Shown here in pieces: positions 28,653 to 38,881 of a stretch of 64,000 nucleotides of DNA (position 1 is the stretch's first letter; every line of letters begins with the position of its first letter). This DNA is from an uncultured virus (IMG/VR IMGVR_UViG_2648501187_000001) (Duplodnaviria > Heunggongvirae > Uroviricota > Caudoviricetes): the IMG/VR virus record IMGVR_UViG_2648501187_000001; one strand, given 5' to 3'. A model generated the notes under the pieces. That model was given only the letters and a program-made list of their open reading frames with translations, was not told the origin of the DNA and did no database searches. The translations under genes were made by a program, and so were the position numbers.

Positions 28653-31600
28653 TCCAGGGAACCGTCGACGCGCACCACCACCGGGATCGCGCTCGCCGCA
28701 TCCCCCACCTGCAGGTAGGCGACCGACCCGCGCAGCAGCCCGCCCGTCTCCGGATCCCTCAACGGGTACAGGCTCTCCCAGTCCGGGGCCCGGGAATCCG
28801 GATCCACATACCTGTCATGCATCATGCGCGCATGCATGCGCCCGTCCAACGGCTGGTTCGCGAGCCGGCAGGCGGCCTGCGCCTGGCTGTCGCGGCCCGA
28901 ACCCTCGTTGCGGGCCCCCACGGCCAGCACGTACACCTTGCCGACGAAATCCTCGATCCCCGCGTCCACGAACTCGTCGGCCTTCTGGGAGAGCATCATC
29001 ACCATGTAATGCTGGTCGCGGGCCAGACGGCCCATACGGTCGACGACGCTCCGGCCGAACCGGTCCTGCAGCAGGCTCCACGCCTCGTCGATGACGACGG
29101 CCCCGTTGCGGCCGATCACCAGGCAGGAGGCGCCCAGCGCGGCCATGCGGCACACCCAGCGCTGCACGTCGGTGGGCGCGCCCTGGATCTCCTTGTCGGT
29201 GATCACGTTCAACGAGCCCGCGCTGATCAGGGTCATGCCCTGGCTCAGGGACAGGCGGCGCCCGCCCGGCTCCGTCCCGTAGATGAGCGGCATCAACGGG
29301 TCGTTCTTGACGGCACGGTCCAACACGGGCCGGATCCTTTCGACGAGCGGGTCGATGTCCTTCGCCTCCCGTCCCCTATGGGAATACTCCTCCCAGGCGA
29401 GGCGCACGCATTCGCCCAGACAGTCGGCGCCATGGCGCAAACCGTAGCCGACGATGCTGGACACGCCCATCTCCCAGGCGCGGTCCGGGTTCGCGCCGCC
29501 CGTGATCTGGCTGAGCATCGCGACCGACGTCTGCACGATCGTGTCCGTCATATGCCTGGGGATGCAGCGCAGCGGGTCGAGGATGCCGCGCGCCTCCGGC
29601 CGGTCGAGCTTGACGACCACGCCGCCACGTTTCCTCACGAACGGTTCGAAGTCGGATGATTTCGGTTTCGGATCCCAGAAGACGACGGGGATCTGCACGC
29701 CGGGATGCTCGGGGTCGGGCAGACGCCCCCATTGGGCGGCGACATGCAGGCCGAGCCGGGTGTTATGCGTGGGCACGTAGCCGCCGATCAGGTACGTGCG
29801 ATCGGGGCTGGCAATGCTCAGACAACGGTGCGGGCAGTCGGCGATCGGCCGGATGCCTTTCACGTACAGCCATTTCGAGGTCTCACGCAATTCAGTGGGG
29901 AGAAGCGCGCGTTTGCGCGGCAGGGAGAACACGGGCAGGCTTGTGGTGAACGTGAGGCGCAGACGGTCGCGGGTCTCGTGGCGTTCCCCGTCCGCCGTGT
30001 ATCCGGCCTTCGTGCGGGTGGCCTCGTGCACGACGACGCCCAGGGAGCGCAGAAGACGGGTCAGCCCGTCGACGATCGGCTTGTGGTCGATGGACTGGGT
30101 GAACTCGACGCTCCCGTTCCGGTCGATGGCGCCGTCCTGGTCGAGCAGGCCTCGCACGAGTTCGAGCCTCTGTTCGACATCGGCATGGAAATAGGGTTCG
30201 GGGATGTGCTTGTCGCCGTAAAGCCCGTTCGCCCGGAGCTGTCGGACAAGGCGTTTCGCGTAGGTCTTCTGCGGGTCGCACGCACTCCGGGTGACCTCGT
30301 ATCCGGCGGTTCGCAGACGGTTCTCCAGATGGTCGAGGTCGCCGTTCGACGGGTCGGAAGCGAAGCCGCCGCCGGTCTTCGACCCGTCAGCCAGCCATGC
30401 GCCGAGCGTCCACGGGTCGATGGGCAGGTCCGTGCGGACGCCCTGGACGGGGGCCGTGGCGCGGATCGCCCAGTTCGCCTGCCCGCCGTCGGCGAGCAGC
30501 CCCTCGTCGAGCATCTCGCGGGTGGTGACGGTCTGTTCGCCGTGTCCGGACCCGGGTTCGTCCCGGTACCGCCAGCCGATGCGGTCGGCGAGGCGGGCGA
30601 GGGCGAGCGGCGCGGGCCATGCGACGCGCATGCGACGGGCCGTTCCCGCAGGCTCCGCCCGCGGCCCGTCGTAGGATCTCAGGGCGGACTCGAACGCGCC
30701 TTTCGATACGCCGAGGTCCCCGAACCGTTCCAGGAGCCAAGCCGTGTCGATCGGTTCGGCGGGAGGGTCGGCGATGAGCCCGTCGAGCCTGGCGAGCCGC
30801 AGCGCCCTGGCTTCGACCCCGAAACCGTTGCCGACGGTGTGCTCCCACCTGTCGCGGATGTGCCCGAGCAGCGGGGCGGGCACGTAGAAGCGTCCCCCGG
30901 GCCTGTTGCGCGCCCTGCCGGGCTGCATGCGGGAGGGCACGTCGGCGAAGCGGAGCGCGTTCCTCACCCACGTCTCCCCGCCCTTGCCCGCGAACGGCGC
31001 GACGAGGGGCCGGACCTCGCGCCAGATGCGTTCGCAGTCCCACCATTCGTCCATGCCGTGTCCGGCGGCCATGGCGCGCAGCCGTTCCTGCGCCTTCCGG
31101 ACCCGTTCGCGGCGTTCGAGGCTCTTCCGGTGTTTGCCGGTGCGGGCGAAGTTGCGGTCGCGCCATGTCCACGCGCACCATTGATGGTCGCCGCTGGCTT
31201 TGATCCTCTGCCCGTCGGACAGGACGATCTCGTACATGTCGTCGTCACCGATGGGGCTCATGCCGAGAATCGGGTAGGTTTTCCCGTCGCGCGCATAGAG
31301 CATGTCGCCGTCCTCGAGGTCGCGCAACGGCACGAGGCCGCCCTCGGGGAACCTTTTCTGCGGGGGGACGGGGAGAGGCGTGTCGAGGGAAACCGATTTT
31401 CCGGATCCTGTGCTGCCCACGATTATGGAAATCGCTTTCCCACTGCGTCTGGACGCGGCGAACGGCGAATCGTAGACCGGCTGCCCGTCCGCCTCCGTGA
31501 CGCCCACGAACGCGCCCGGCAGGTCGGAGTCCAGGCCGCGCCCCGAATCGTCGCCCGTCATGGAACAGCCCGCGAGCCCGCTGAACGCGAGGATCGGGGC

Positions 31601-32797
31601 CGGCCAGTACAGGGGGGACGGATCGTATTCGATCATGTCGTCGGAACCGATCTGCATGTCCTCGAACGCGGCCTCCTGACGGTCCGGGTTCAACCCGACG
31701 TGCCCCGGATAGGGGACGCGGTTCGACTGCTCCACGATCATGGGCAGTGCGGCGTGCGCATGCGCCTGGACGAGCGTGGGCCACGGCTTGCCGTCCGCCT
31801 GGTATTCGCCGTTCGCCGCCTCCAGCTCGCGCGCCACGCCCAGGTTCGCCTTGCGGCCGCCCGCCGCCTGCTCGTACGCCTTGTCGAGCACCTTGTCCGC
31901 GTCCTTGTCCAATTGCTCGCGGGTCATCTCCCCCGGTTCGACCAGGCCCTTCACGCTGATCGCGACCGCCCCGCACCGGCTCGCGTCCAGGAGGCCGGCC
32001 GCCCAGTCGGAGCCGGGGGCGGTGTTGTTCTCGCCCTTGAAGGGGAGCACGCCGAGCGTGACCACGGTCAAAGGGTAGGAGCCGGGAATCCTCGCCGACC
32101 ATTTGCGGCAGTCGTCGACCTTCTCGCGCATGCGGGCCGCGACGAACGCGGACCGGTAGTCGGGGAACGTGTGCATGTGGTCGTGCTCGACCATGACGGG
32201 CAATCCCTCGGGCTTGCGGTCGGTGGGCCAGAACGCCATGGCGCGGCGCATCGTCGCGTCGGACGGGATGCGGCAGCCCGCGTCCTCCATGAGGGCGCGC
32301 ACATCCTCCAGATCGTGTTCGAACGCGTCGTCGGGCGTCCACCCGTCCTCGTCGGCGACGCCTTTCAGGAACCCTTTCACGCCGCCCTGCCCGCCGCCCG
32401 TGTTCAGCCGGACGCCGAACAGGGTGAACCGGTCGCGCACGGCGAGCCCTTCCTGTTCGGCGGCGAGGCGCAGCCGGTTGTCCGGGTCGAGCGTGGGGCT
32501 GGGTTCGAAGGGGCGCGACCCGCTGACCGCGAGGATGTGGACCCGCCGGTACAGGCCCTTCATGGCCTTGCGTCCGGCGAATGGGACGCGCGGCGTCCGG
32601 TCGGCGAGCCCGCCGAGTATCGACAGCATGGGGCGGGCGGCCTTCAAACGCTCCTCCATGCCGGACGCGTCCGTGACGGACGGCTGGTCGGGCATCCTCA
32701 TGTACAGCCATGCGGCGCCGTTGACCGTGCGCACGAACCCGCCGCCCATATGCCGGGCGAACGTGCCCGTCTCCCTGACAATGCGTTTCCTCGTCAT
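28649..32797 (-). CDS. VirB4-like conjugation ATPase interrupted by an intein
   Basis: Walker A GSTGSGK|T split by the intein; WDPK, VIDEAW and RLARDQ..SQ motifs; exteins total 837 aa. Confidence 0.85.
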   Translation of the reverse strand: MTRKRIVRETGTFARHMGGGFVRTVNGAAWLYMRMPDQPSVTDASGMEERLKAARPMLSILGGLADRTPRVPFAGRKAMKGLYRRVHILAVSGSRPFEPSPTLDPDNRLRLAAEQEGLAVRDRFTLFGVRLNTGGGQGGVKGFLKGVADEDGWTPDDAFEHDLEDVRALMEDAGCRIPSDATMRRAMAFWPTDRKPEGLPVMVEHDHMHTFPDYRSAFVAARMREKVDDCRKWSARIPGSYPLTVVTLGVLPFKGENNTAPGSDWAAGLLDASRCGAVAISVKGLVEPGEMTREQLDKDADKVLDKAYEQAAGGRKANLGVARELEAANGEYQADGKPWPTLVQAHAHAALPMIVEQSNRVPYPGHVGLNPDRQEAAFEDMQIGSDDMIEYDPSPLYWPAPILAFSGLAGCSMTGDDSGRGLDSDLPGAFVGVTEADGQPVYDSPFAASRRSGKAISIIVGSTGSGKSVSLDTPLPVPPQKRFPEGGLVPLRDLEDGDMLYARDGKTYPILGMSPIGDDDMYEIVLSDGQRIKASGDHQWCAWTWRDRNFARTGKHRKSLERRERVRKAQERLRAMAAGHGMDEWWDCERIWREVRPLVAPFAGKGGETWVRNALRFADVPSRMQPGRARNRPGGRFYVPAPLLGHIRDRWEHTVGNGFGVEARALRLARLDGLIADPPAEPIDTAWLLERFGDLGVSKGAFESALRSYDGPRAEPAGTARRMRVAWPAPLALARLADRIGWRYRDEPGSGHGEQTVTTREMLDEGLLADGGQANWAIRATAPVQGVRTDLPIDPWTLGAWLADGSKTGGGFASDPSNGDLDHLENRLRTAGYEVTRSACDPQKTYAKRLVRQLRANGLYGDKHIPEPYFHADVEQRLELVRGLLDQDGAIDRNGSVEFTQSIDHKPIVDGLTRLLRSLGVVVHEATRTKAGYTADGERHETRDRLRLTFTTSLPVFSLPRKRALLPTELRETSKWLYVKGIRPIADCPHRCLSIASPDRTYLIGGYVPTHNTRLGLHVAAQWGRLPDPEHPGVQIPVVFWDPKPKSSDFEPFVRKRGGVVVKLDRPEARGILDPLRCIPRHMTDTIVQTSVAMLSQITGGANPDRAWEMGVSSIVGYGLRHGADCLGECVRLAWEEYSHRGREAKDIDPLVERIRPVLDRAVKNDPLMPLIYGTEPGGRRLSLSQGMTLISAGSLNVITDKEIQGAPTDVQRWVCRMAALGASCLVIGRNGAVVIDEAWSLLQDRFGRSVVDRMGRLARDQHYMVMMLSQKADEFVDAGIEDFVGKVYVLAVGARNEGSGRDSQAQAACRLANQPLDGRMHARMMHDRYVDPDSRAPDWESLYPLRDPETGGLLRGSVAYLQVGDAASAIPVVVRVDGSLD
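29762..31396 (-). mobile_element. 545-aa intein with LAGLIDADG homing endonuclease
   Basis: Starts SVSLDTP; block B ASGDHQW; LGAWLADG and VRGLLDQDG motifs; ends YVPTHN followed by T. Confidence 0.92.
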
Positions 32798-32828
32798 GCG
32801 GCGCGCCTATGCGCGCGTCGCATGACGG

Positions 32829-34040
32829 TCAGCCGAGCGTGGCGAGGATCACGCCCAGACCGTCCGGATCCGTCGGATCCGAGCACAGGCGCGCCAGCAG
32901 GCCGGCCGCCTCGCGCATCGCGCGCCGCGCATCCGGCGACCCCGCAGCCAGCAGCCGCAATTGGCGTGGCGTGTAGCCGCCGTGCCGTCGGCACCGGTAG
33001 AGCACGTCCATCGCATGCGCGTCCGCGTAGGCGAGCAGCATGTCCACCTGCGCGGACGACAGGCCGTCGCCGAGGCGGGCGAGCGTGGCCGCGCCCGAAC
33101 CACGTTCGAGGATCATGTCGACGCGGCGGGGCGTGAACATCTCCTTCTCGACGCTGAGGGAGAGGCGTTCCAGCAGGCCGGCCGACCCGTGCTCCGCCCA
33201 ATGGTCGTACAGGGTTTCGGTCAGGCGTTCGCGGCGCGGATCGTCGTCGGGCATCCAGCCGGACAGGTAGGAGCCGACCATGTCCGGGTCGCCGTGTTCG
33301 AGCAGGAGGCGGATGTCCTTCTCCGTGAGCGTGGGACGGTCCGAACCGTCGCGTGCCGCGGCGTCCGGCGCGTACAGGCTCCAGCACGCCCGGTCGGCCA
33401 GGCCGGATTCGACGATCCGGCGCAACAGGGCCGCGTCCGGCCGGCCGTACCGGAGCACGAGCCATGCGGCGTCCGGGCTTCCGGTTTCGAACAGGCGGAC
33501 GGCGCGGTCGGCGATCCAGCCGGTGGCACGGTATTCGAGTTTCGTCAGGACCCCCGGGTCCGTCTCCTTGCCGAACACGTGCAGACGGTCGTCGGGCGTA
33601 TGGTCCACCAGTTCGAGGCGCACCGTCGGATCCGGATCGTCCAGGAACGAATCCAGCCGGCCGTCCGTCAGCATGCCCATATGCTTCAACGCGTCCAGAC
33701 GGATTTTCGGATCCGGGTCCGCGAGCACGAGGCCGGGTTCATGCGCGGCGAGCGCGCGGCGTATGGCCTTCGGCAGCGGTTCGCCCGCCTCCGCCATGCG
33801 TATCGCGTCACGGGCCGTGTCGCGTCCCATGCCGGTGACGGTCAGGCGGCGCGCGCGCCAGCCTCCGGCCGCATCGTCCACGGCGAAGCAGCCGGTGCGG
33901 GCGGCCGCGCGCGCCGCGTTCGCGCTCGCCGCCTCGAACGAGTTCGGCACGGTCCCGCCCCATCGTTCGCGGGTCTCCGGCTCGCCGTAGTGGGCCATCA
34001 GCAGGTTCCATTGGCTTTCCGACAGTTTCCTAAGGCTCAT
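32829..34040 (-). CDS. Hypothetical alpha-helical (HEAT-like repeat) protein
   Basis: LADPDPKIRL / LDDPDPTVRL repeats; SD GGGAG. Confidence 0.65.
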   Translation of the reverse strand: MSLRKLSESQWNLLMAHYGEPETRERWGGTVPNSFEAASANAARAAARTGCFAVDDAAGGWRARRLTVTGMGRDTARDAIRMAEAGEPLPKAIRRALAAHEPGLVLADPDPKIRLDALKHMGMLTDGRLDSFLDDPDPTVRLELVDHTPDDRLHVFGKETDPGVLTKLEYRATGWIADRAVRLFETGSPDAAWLVLRYGRPDAALLRRIVESGLADRACWSLYAPDAAARDGSDRPTLTEKDIRLLLEHGDPDMVGSYLSGWMPDDDPRRERLTETLYDHWAEHGSAGLLERLSLSVEKEMFTPRRVDMILERGSGAATLARLGDGLSSAQVDMLLAYADAHAMDVLYRCRRHGGYTPRQLRLLAAGSPDARRAMREAAGLLARLCSDPTDPDGLGVILATLG

Positions 34041-34120
34041 CGTGTTCTCCCGTCATCGCGCCCCGGCATCGTCGCCGCGACGCATGCGTCCCCCCGGCGG
34101 ACGTTTTTTTTCAGCCCGAT

Positions 34121-35491
<1,371 letters not shown>

Positions 35492-35510
35492 TCAGTCGGC
35501 CTCCGGGCCG

Positions 35511-35800
35511 TGTATGCATTCCGGCCGGGCTGTATGCATCCGTATGCATCAGGGGATGCATACACGCCCGTTCTCCGTTTCGGCTTGTTTCCAGCGTTCC
35601 GGGGCGGCCTCCACGCGTGTATGCATTGTATGCATCATTCCCTTATAGAGGATTCGGGAAAAGGAAGGAAACCCCATATATTGATGCATACAATGCATAC
35701 AAGATAAAGGAATTATATTTTTTCCTTTATTTATAAGGGTTTTCGGGCTTTTTCCGGGCTTTTTCTGTATGCATCCCCGGATGCATACAGATGCATACAT
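35511..35800. repeat. ATGCAT-rich nested inverted-repeat element, copy 1
   Basis: Outer arms 35531-35564/35766-35799; inner arms 35618-35637/35682-35701; 11 ATGCAT sites; near-identical to 53243-53532. Confidence 0.9.
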
Positions 35801-35841
35801 CGGGGCGAGAATAATACTTTAAGGTATGATTTCGGATACGG

Positions 35842-35883
35842 GGCTTTACAATATTGTAAAGCCGGAGAGCCGACGCCTATACT
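35842..35883 (+). promoter_or_regulatory. 22-bp palindromic operator overlapping a sigmaA-type promoter
   Basis: GGCTTTACAATATTGTAAAGCC (35842-35863); TTGTAA-N18-TATACT upstream of the XRE gene. Confidence 0.7.
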
Positions 35884-35939
35884 CCAAGGTATAGTCCGAC
35901 GGAACGAAAGGAACCCCGCACACGGATGAAACCGTCCGC

Positions 35940-36467
35940 ATGCTCGCATCGAAAGGGATCGCCCAGGCCCCGACGGCCGACGGCCTCGTCTGCACGAACC
36001 CGCTGCTTCCGGACGGGCGGTGCGCGATCCTGTCCGACGACGACGGGCGCATCACCGTCCGGCTCTGCCGGCCCGGCGGAAGCGGACCGTCACGCATCGT
36101 GGCCGGCGCGGACGTGGCCGGCGCGGTGGCCGGATGGCTCACCGGCCTGGCCGCCGCCCGGCATTCGCGCGGGCTCACGCAGGCCGAACTCGCCGCGGCG
36201 GCGGGCATTGCCCCCGCGCGGGTCAGCCGATACGAAACCGGCCGCATCCGCGACGCCGCCAACATCGCCGCCGGCACGTTGGACCGGCTTGCCCGGGCGC
36301 TCCACATGGACATGGGCGACCTGTACCGGATCATGACCGGCAGGCTGGAGCCCCTGTCCGTACCCGTCAAGCCGTCCGACCCCCTCCCCGCGCCCGATTC
36401 CGCGAAGCCCATGCCCGAGCCTCCGGCGCGCGACCTCCCGTGGGATCCGGACCCGTGGAATGCGTGA
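35940..36467 (+). CDS. XRE-family HTH regulator (paralog of 55585-56136)
   Basis: RGLTQAELAAAAGIAPARVSRYETG...LARAL. Confidence 0.85.
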   Translation: MLASKGIAQAPTADGLVCTNPLLPDGRCAILSDDDGRITVRLCRPGGSGPSRIVAGADVAGAVAGWLTGLAAARHSRGLTQAELAAAAGIAPARVSRYETGRIRDAANIAAGTLDRLARALHMDMGDLYRIMTGRLEPLSVPVKPSDPLPAPDSAKPMPEPPARDLPWDPDPWNA

Positions 36468-36482
36468 CGCATACCCGGGGGC

Positions 36483-37040
36483 ATGAGCACACACGACAAT
36501 GACGACAAGCCGGTCCGCCTCCTGTGGGTGGACACGGAGACCACGGGCCTCGACCCACACAAGGATCCCATCCTCGAAATCGGCATGATCGCCACCGGCC
36601 CCGATCTGAAGCCGGTGGACGACGGGTTCCACACGACCGTCCACTGGGACGGGAAACCGTCCGAATTCATCCAGGGCATGCACGGGCCAAACGGGCTGCT
36701 CGCCGAATGCGCGCACCCGAGCGCCCCCCACATGTTCGCCGCCGCCCTGTCCGCACGCGACTACGTGGCCCGACACCTCGACCAGGGGGTGCGGCTCCTG
36801 CCCGCCGGCAGCACCGTCCGCTTCGACCGGAACATGATTGACAGCTGGATGCCCGGCGTGCTCGACGGCTGCTCCCACCGGTCCCTGGACATCAGCGCCG
36901 TCTGCGAGGCGGTCCGCATGTGGAACCCCGCGATCCTGCCCGACATGGAACCGTCCACCGACCACCGGGTCATGCACTGCCTGGCCGACACGCTCCGCTA
37001 CGCGCGCGCATACCGGGGGCTCATATGTTCGATCGGCTGA
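36483..37040 (+). CDS. orn: Oligoribonuclease-like DEDDh exonuclease
   Basis: LWVDTETTGLDP, ILEIG, MHGPNGL, GSTVRFDR, HRSLDIS and HRVMHCLAD motifs. Confidence 0.85.
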   Translation: MSTHDNDDKPVRLLWVDTETTGLDPHKDPILEIGMIATGPDLKPVDDGFHTTVHWDGKPSEFIQGMHGPNGLLAECAHPSAPHMFAAALSARDYVARHLDQGVRLLPAGSTVRFDRNMIDSWMPGVLDGCSHRSLDISAVCEAVRMWNPAILPDMEPSTDHRVMHCLADTLRYARAYRGLICSIG

Positions 37041-37324
37041 AACACGCGCCCGCCCGCCTGTGGGCGTGGCTGAAACGCCTCCCCCGCCGGATCGGCGCAT
37101 GGACCATGTCCGAGCGCGGCCGCATCGTATGGACGCGCCTGCTCGCCGCCCTCCTCCTGCTCCCCCTCGCCCCGTCCCTGACCGTCGTATGGAAGATCAT
37201 GTTCGAGGGCGGCACCATCGCCGACCAGACCGTCGTCATCTACATCACGATCCTCATCCTCCTGATCCGGGGCATGCGACGCGGCCTGAAACGCCATCCC
37301 CGCGACAAGGAGGACGAGCGGTGA
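37025..37324 (+). CDS. Small two-TM membrane protein
   Basis: Two hydrophobic segments; overlaps its neighbours in an operon. Confidence 0.6.
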   Translation: MFDRLKHAPARLWAWLKRLPRRIGAWTMSERGRIVWTRLLAALLLLPLAPSLTVVWKIMFEGGTIADQTVVIYITILILLIRGMRRGLKRHPRDKEDER

Positions 37325-37710
37325 GACGCCCGCCGCGCGGGTTCACCTCCTACGCCGCCTACGCCCTCTGGCATGCGGCCGTGTTCGCGTCCATGAACCT
37401 CCTGTACTGGCCGGCGGTCATCCCCGGACTCGCCGGAACGGTCCCGCCCGCGGCGGGCGTCCTGGTCGCGGGCATCGGGATCACGCTCGCCGCAGGCGTC
37501 GAATGCACGCAGGGATACGGTTTCGAGGAGGCACGCGAAGGCGGCTTCCATACCGGCCTCGCGGTCGCATGCCAGATGCCCGCCGTCTGCTTCCGCCTCA
37601 TCCTCCTGACCATGGGAACGCCGGACGGAACCCTGTTCTGGACGCGCACGCTCGCCGTCCTGGGCGTGCTCGCATGGCAGACATGCTGCATCGTCATGGA
37701 CCGGCTGTGA
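37321..37710 (+). CDS. Small multi-TM membrane protein
   Basis: GTGA overlap; four hydrophobic segments. Confidence 0.55.
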   Translation: MRRPPRGFTSYAAYALWHAAVFASMNLLYWPAVIPGLAGTVPPAAGVLVAGIGITLAAGVECTQGYGFEEAREGGFHTGLAVACQMPAVCFRLILLTMGTPDGTLFWTRTLAVLGVLAWQTCCIVMDRL

Positions 37711-37715
37711 CCACA

Positions 37716-38408
37716 ATGGGACGCATGACCAGACTCATCGACTACGGGGCGTGGGCGTCGTCCCGCTCCGACCCGTCGAAACGCCGCACATGGCCGTTGC
37801 GCCGCGCCGGATGGCGTTTCGACCGCGCGTCCGGCGCATGGGACGGGCCGGACGGCGAACGGCTGACCGTATCCTTCCTCGGGTTCGCCATCCTCGAACG
37901 GGAGGACGCGGACTGGGAGCATCCCGGCACGGGCTACGGGACGCAATGGCATGGCGGCAGGTACGGCATGCCATATGCCCGACGCGTCGACGGCGACTGG
38001 AGGCCCCGCGTGGCCGTCATGCTCGCCCGGAACGCCGTCAAGGTCCAGGATCTGATGCTCTCCCGTCCCCTGACCGCCGTGTCCGCGGCGGACGCGCGCC
38101 GGCTCCTCGTCCGGTGCCGGCGCGCCGCCGACCTGTATCCGCCCGACGATCCGGACCTGTTCCGGCGTCTCATGGACGGATTGGAGGAGAGGACGACGCG
38201 TATCGGATCGTACGCCATGGTGGAATACCGGCGGGGGTTCGCCGGCCCGGTCCTCGCCCTGGCGGGCGGCCTGCTCACCCCGGTCGGCTCGTTCCTCCTC
38301 GGATCCGATCCGGCGGGGTTGGCGGGCATCGCCGCGCTCGCCGCCGGACTCGCCTGCTCCGGACTGTCCTCGCTGATCGACGGGACGGAACGCGCGGGCG
38401 GCGCATAG
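37716..38408 (+). CDS. Hypothetical protein with C-terminal TM hairpin
   Basis: Operonic position and hydrophobic C-terminus. Confidence 0.55.
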   Translation: MGRMTRLIDYGAWASSRSDPSKRRTWPLRRAGWRFDRASGAWDGPDGERLTVSFLGFAILEREDADWEHPGTGYGTQWHGGRYGMPYARRVDGDWRPRVAVMLARNAVKVQDLMLSRPLTAVSAADARRLLVRCRRAADLYPPDDPDLFRRLMDGLEERTTRIGSYAMVEYRRGFAGPVLALAGGLLTPVGSFLLGSDPAGLAGIAALAAGLACSGLSSLIDGTERAGGA

Positions 38409-38452
38409 GCGTCGCGCCGACGGCATGATCCGTTCATGAAAAGCGATATGCC

Positions 38453-38789
38453 ATGACCAATCCGAACCCAACCAATCTCAATACGCGCAACCGCAACCAG
38501 CCTACGGGCAGCCGAACTATGCGCCGCCAGTTCAACCCCGTATACCCGCAGCCCACGGCATCCTATGGGAGAACCCCCTCCGACACAGGCTCCTTCGGTT
38601 TGGGCTGTTCTCGGCTTCTTCATTCCTCTGGTCGGGCTTATTCTGTGGATGATCTGGAAGAACGACCGTCCTGGTGATGCGGGCATGGCAGGCAAAGGCG
38701 CACTGGTTTCAGCGATCATCAACGTCGTGCTCTTCATCCTATGGATCGTGTTCGCAGGCATCCTATTCGCCGCATCCGGCTCCTACTAA
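38453..38789 (+). pseudogene. Frameshifted Pro/Gln-rich small membrane protein
   Basis: A coherent reading MTNPNP-NQSQYAQPQPAYGQPNYAP-QFNPVYPQ...DTGSFG-WAVLGFFIPLVGLILW needs about three frame changes. Confidence 0.6.
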
Positions 38790-38881
38790 AGAGACAAACC
38801 GAAACGACAGTCCCATAAAAGACGAGGGCGGCACATCCCATGAGAATAGGATGCGTCGCCCTCGCTCCTGAAAAGGATAGG

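Noticed and set aside
29762..29770. ACGCATAA at the intein C-terminus as a GCATA promoter
   Set aside because: It is explained by the required Thr-His-Asn codons, and no suitably spaced start follows.
35511..35800. ATGCAT repeats as a CRISPR array
   Set aside because: The repeats are short, inverted and irregularly spaced with no unique spacers. No cas genes are present; the PD-(D/E)XK gene is stand-alone.
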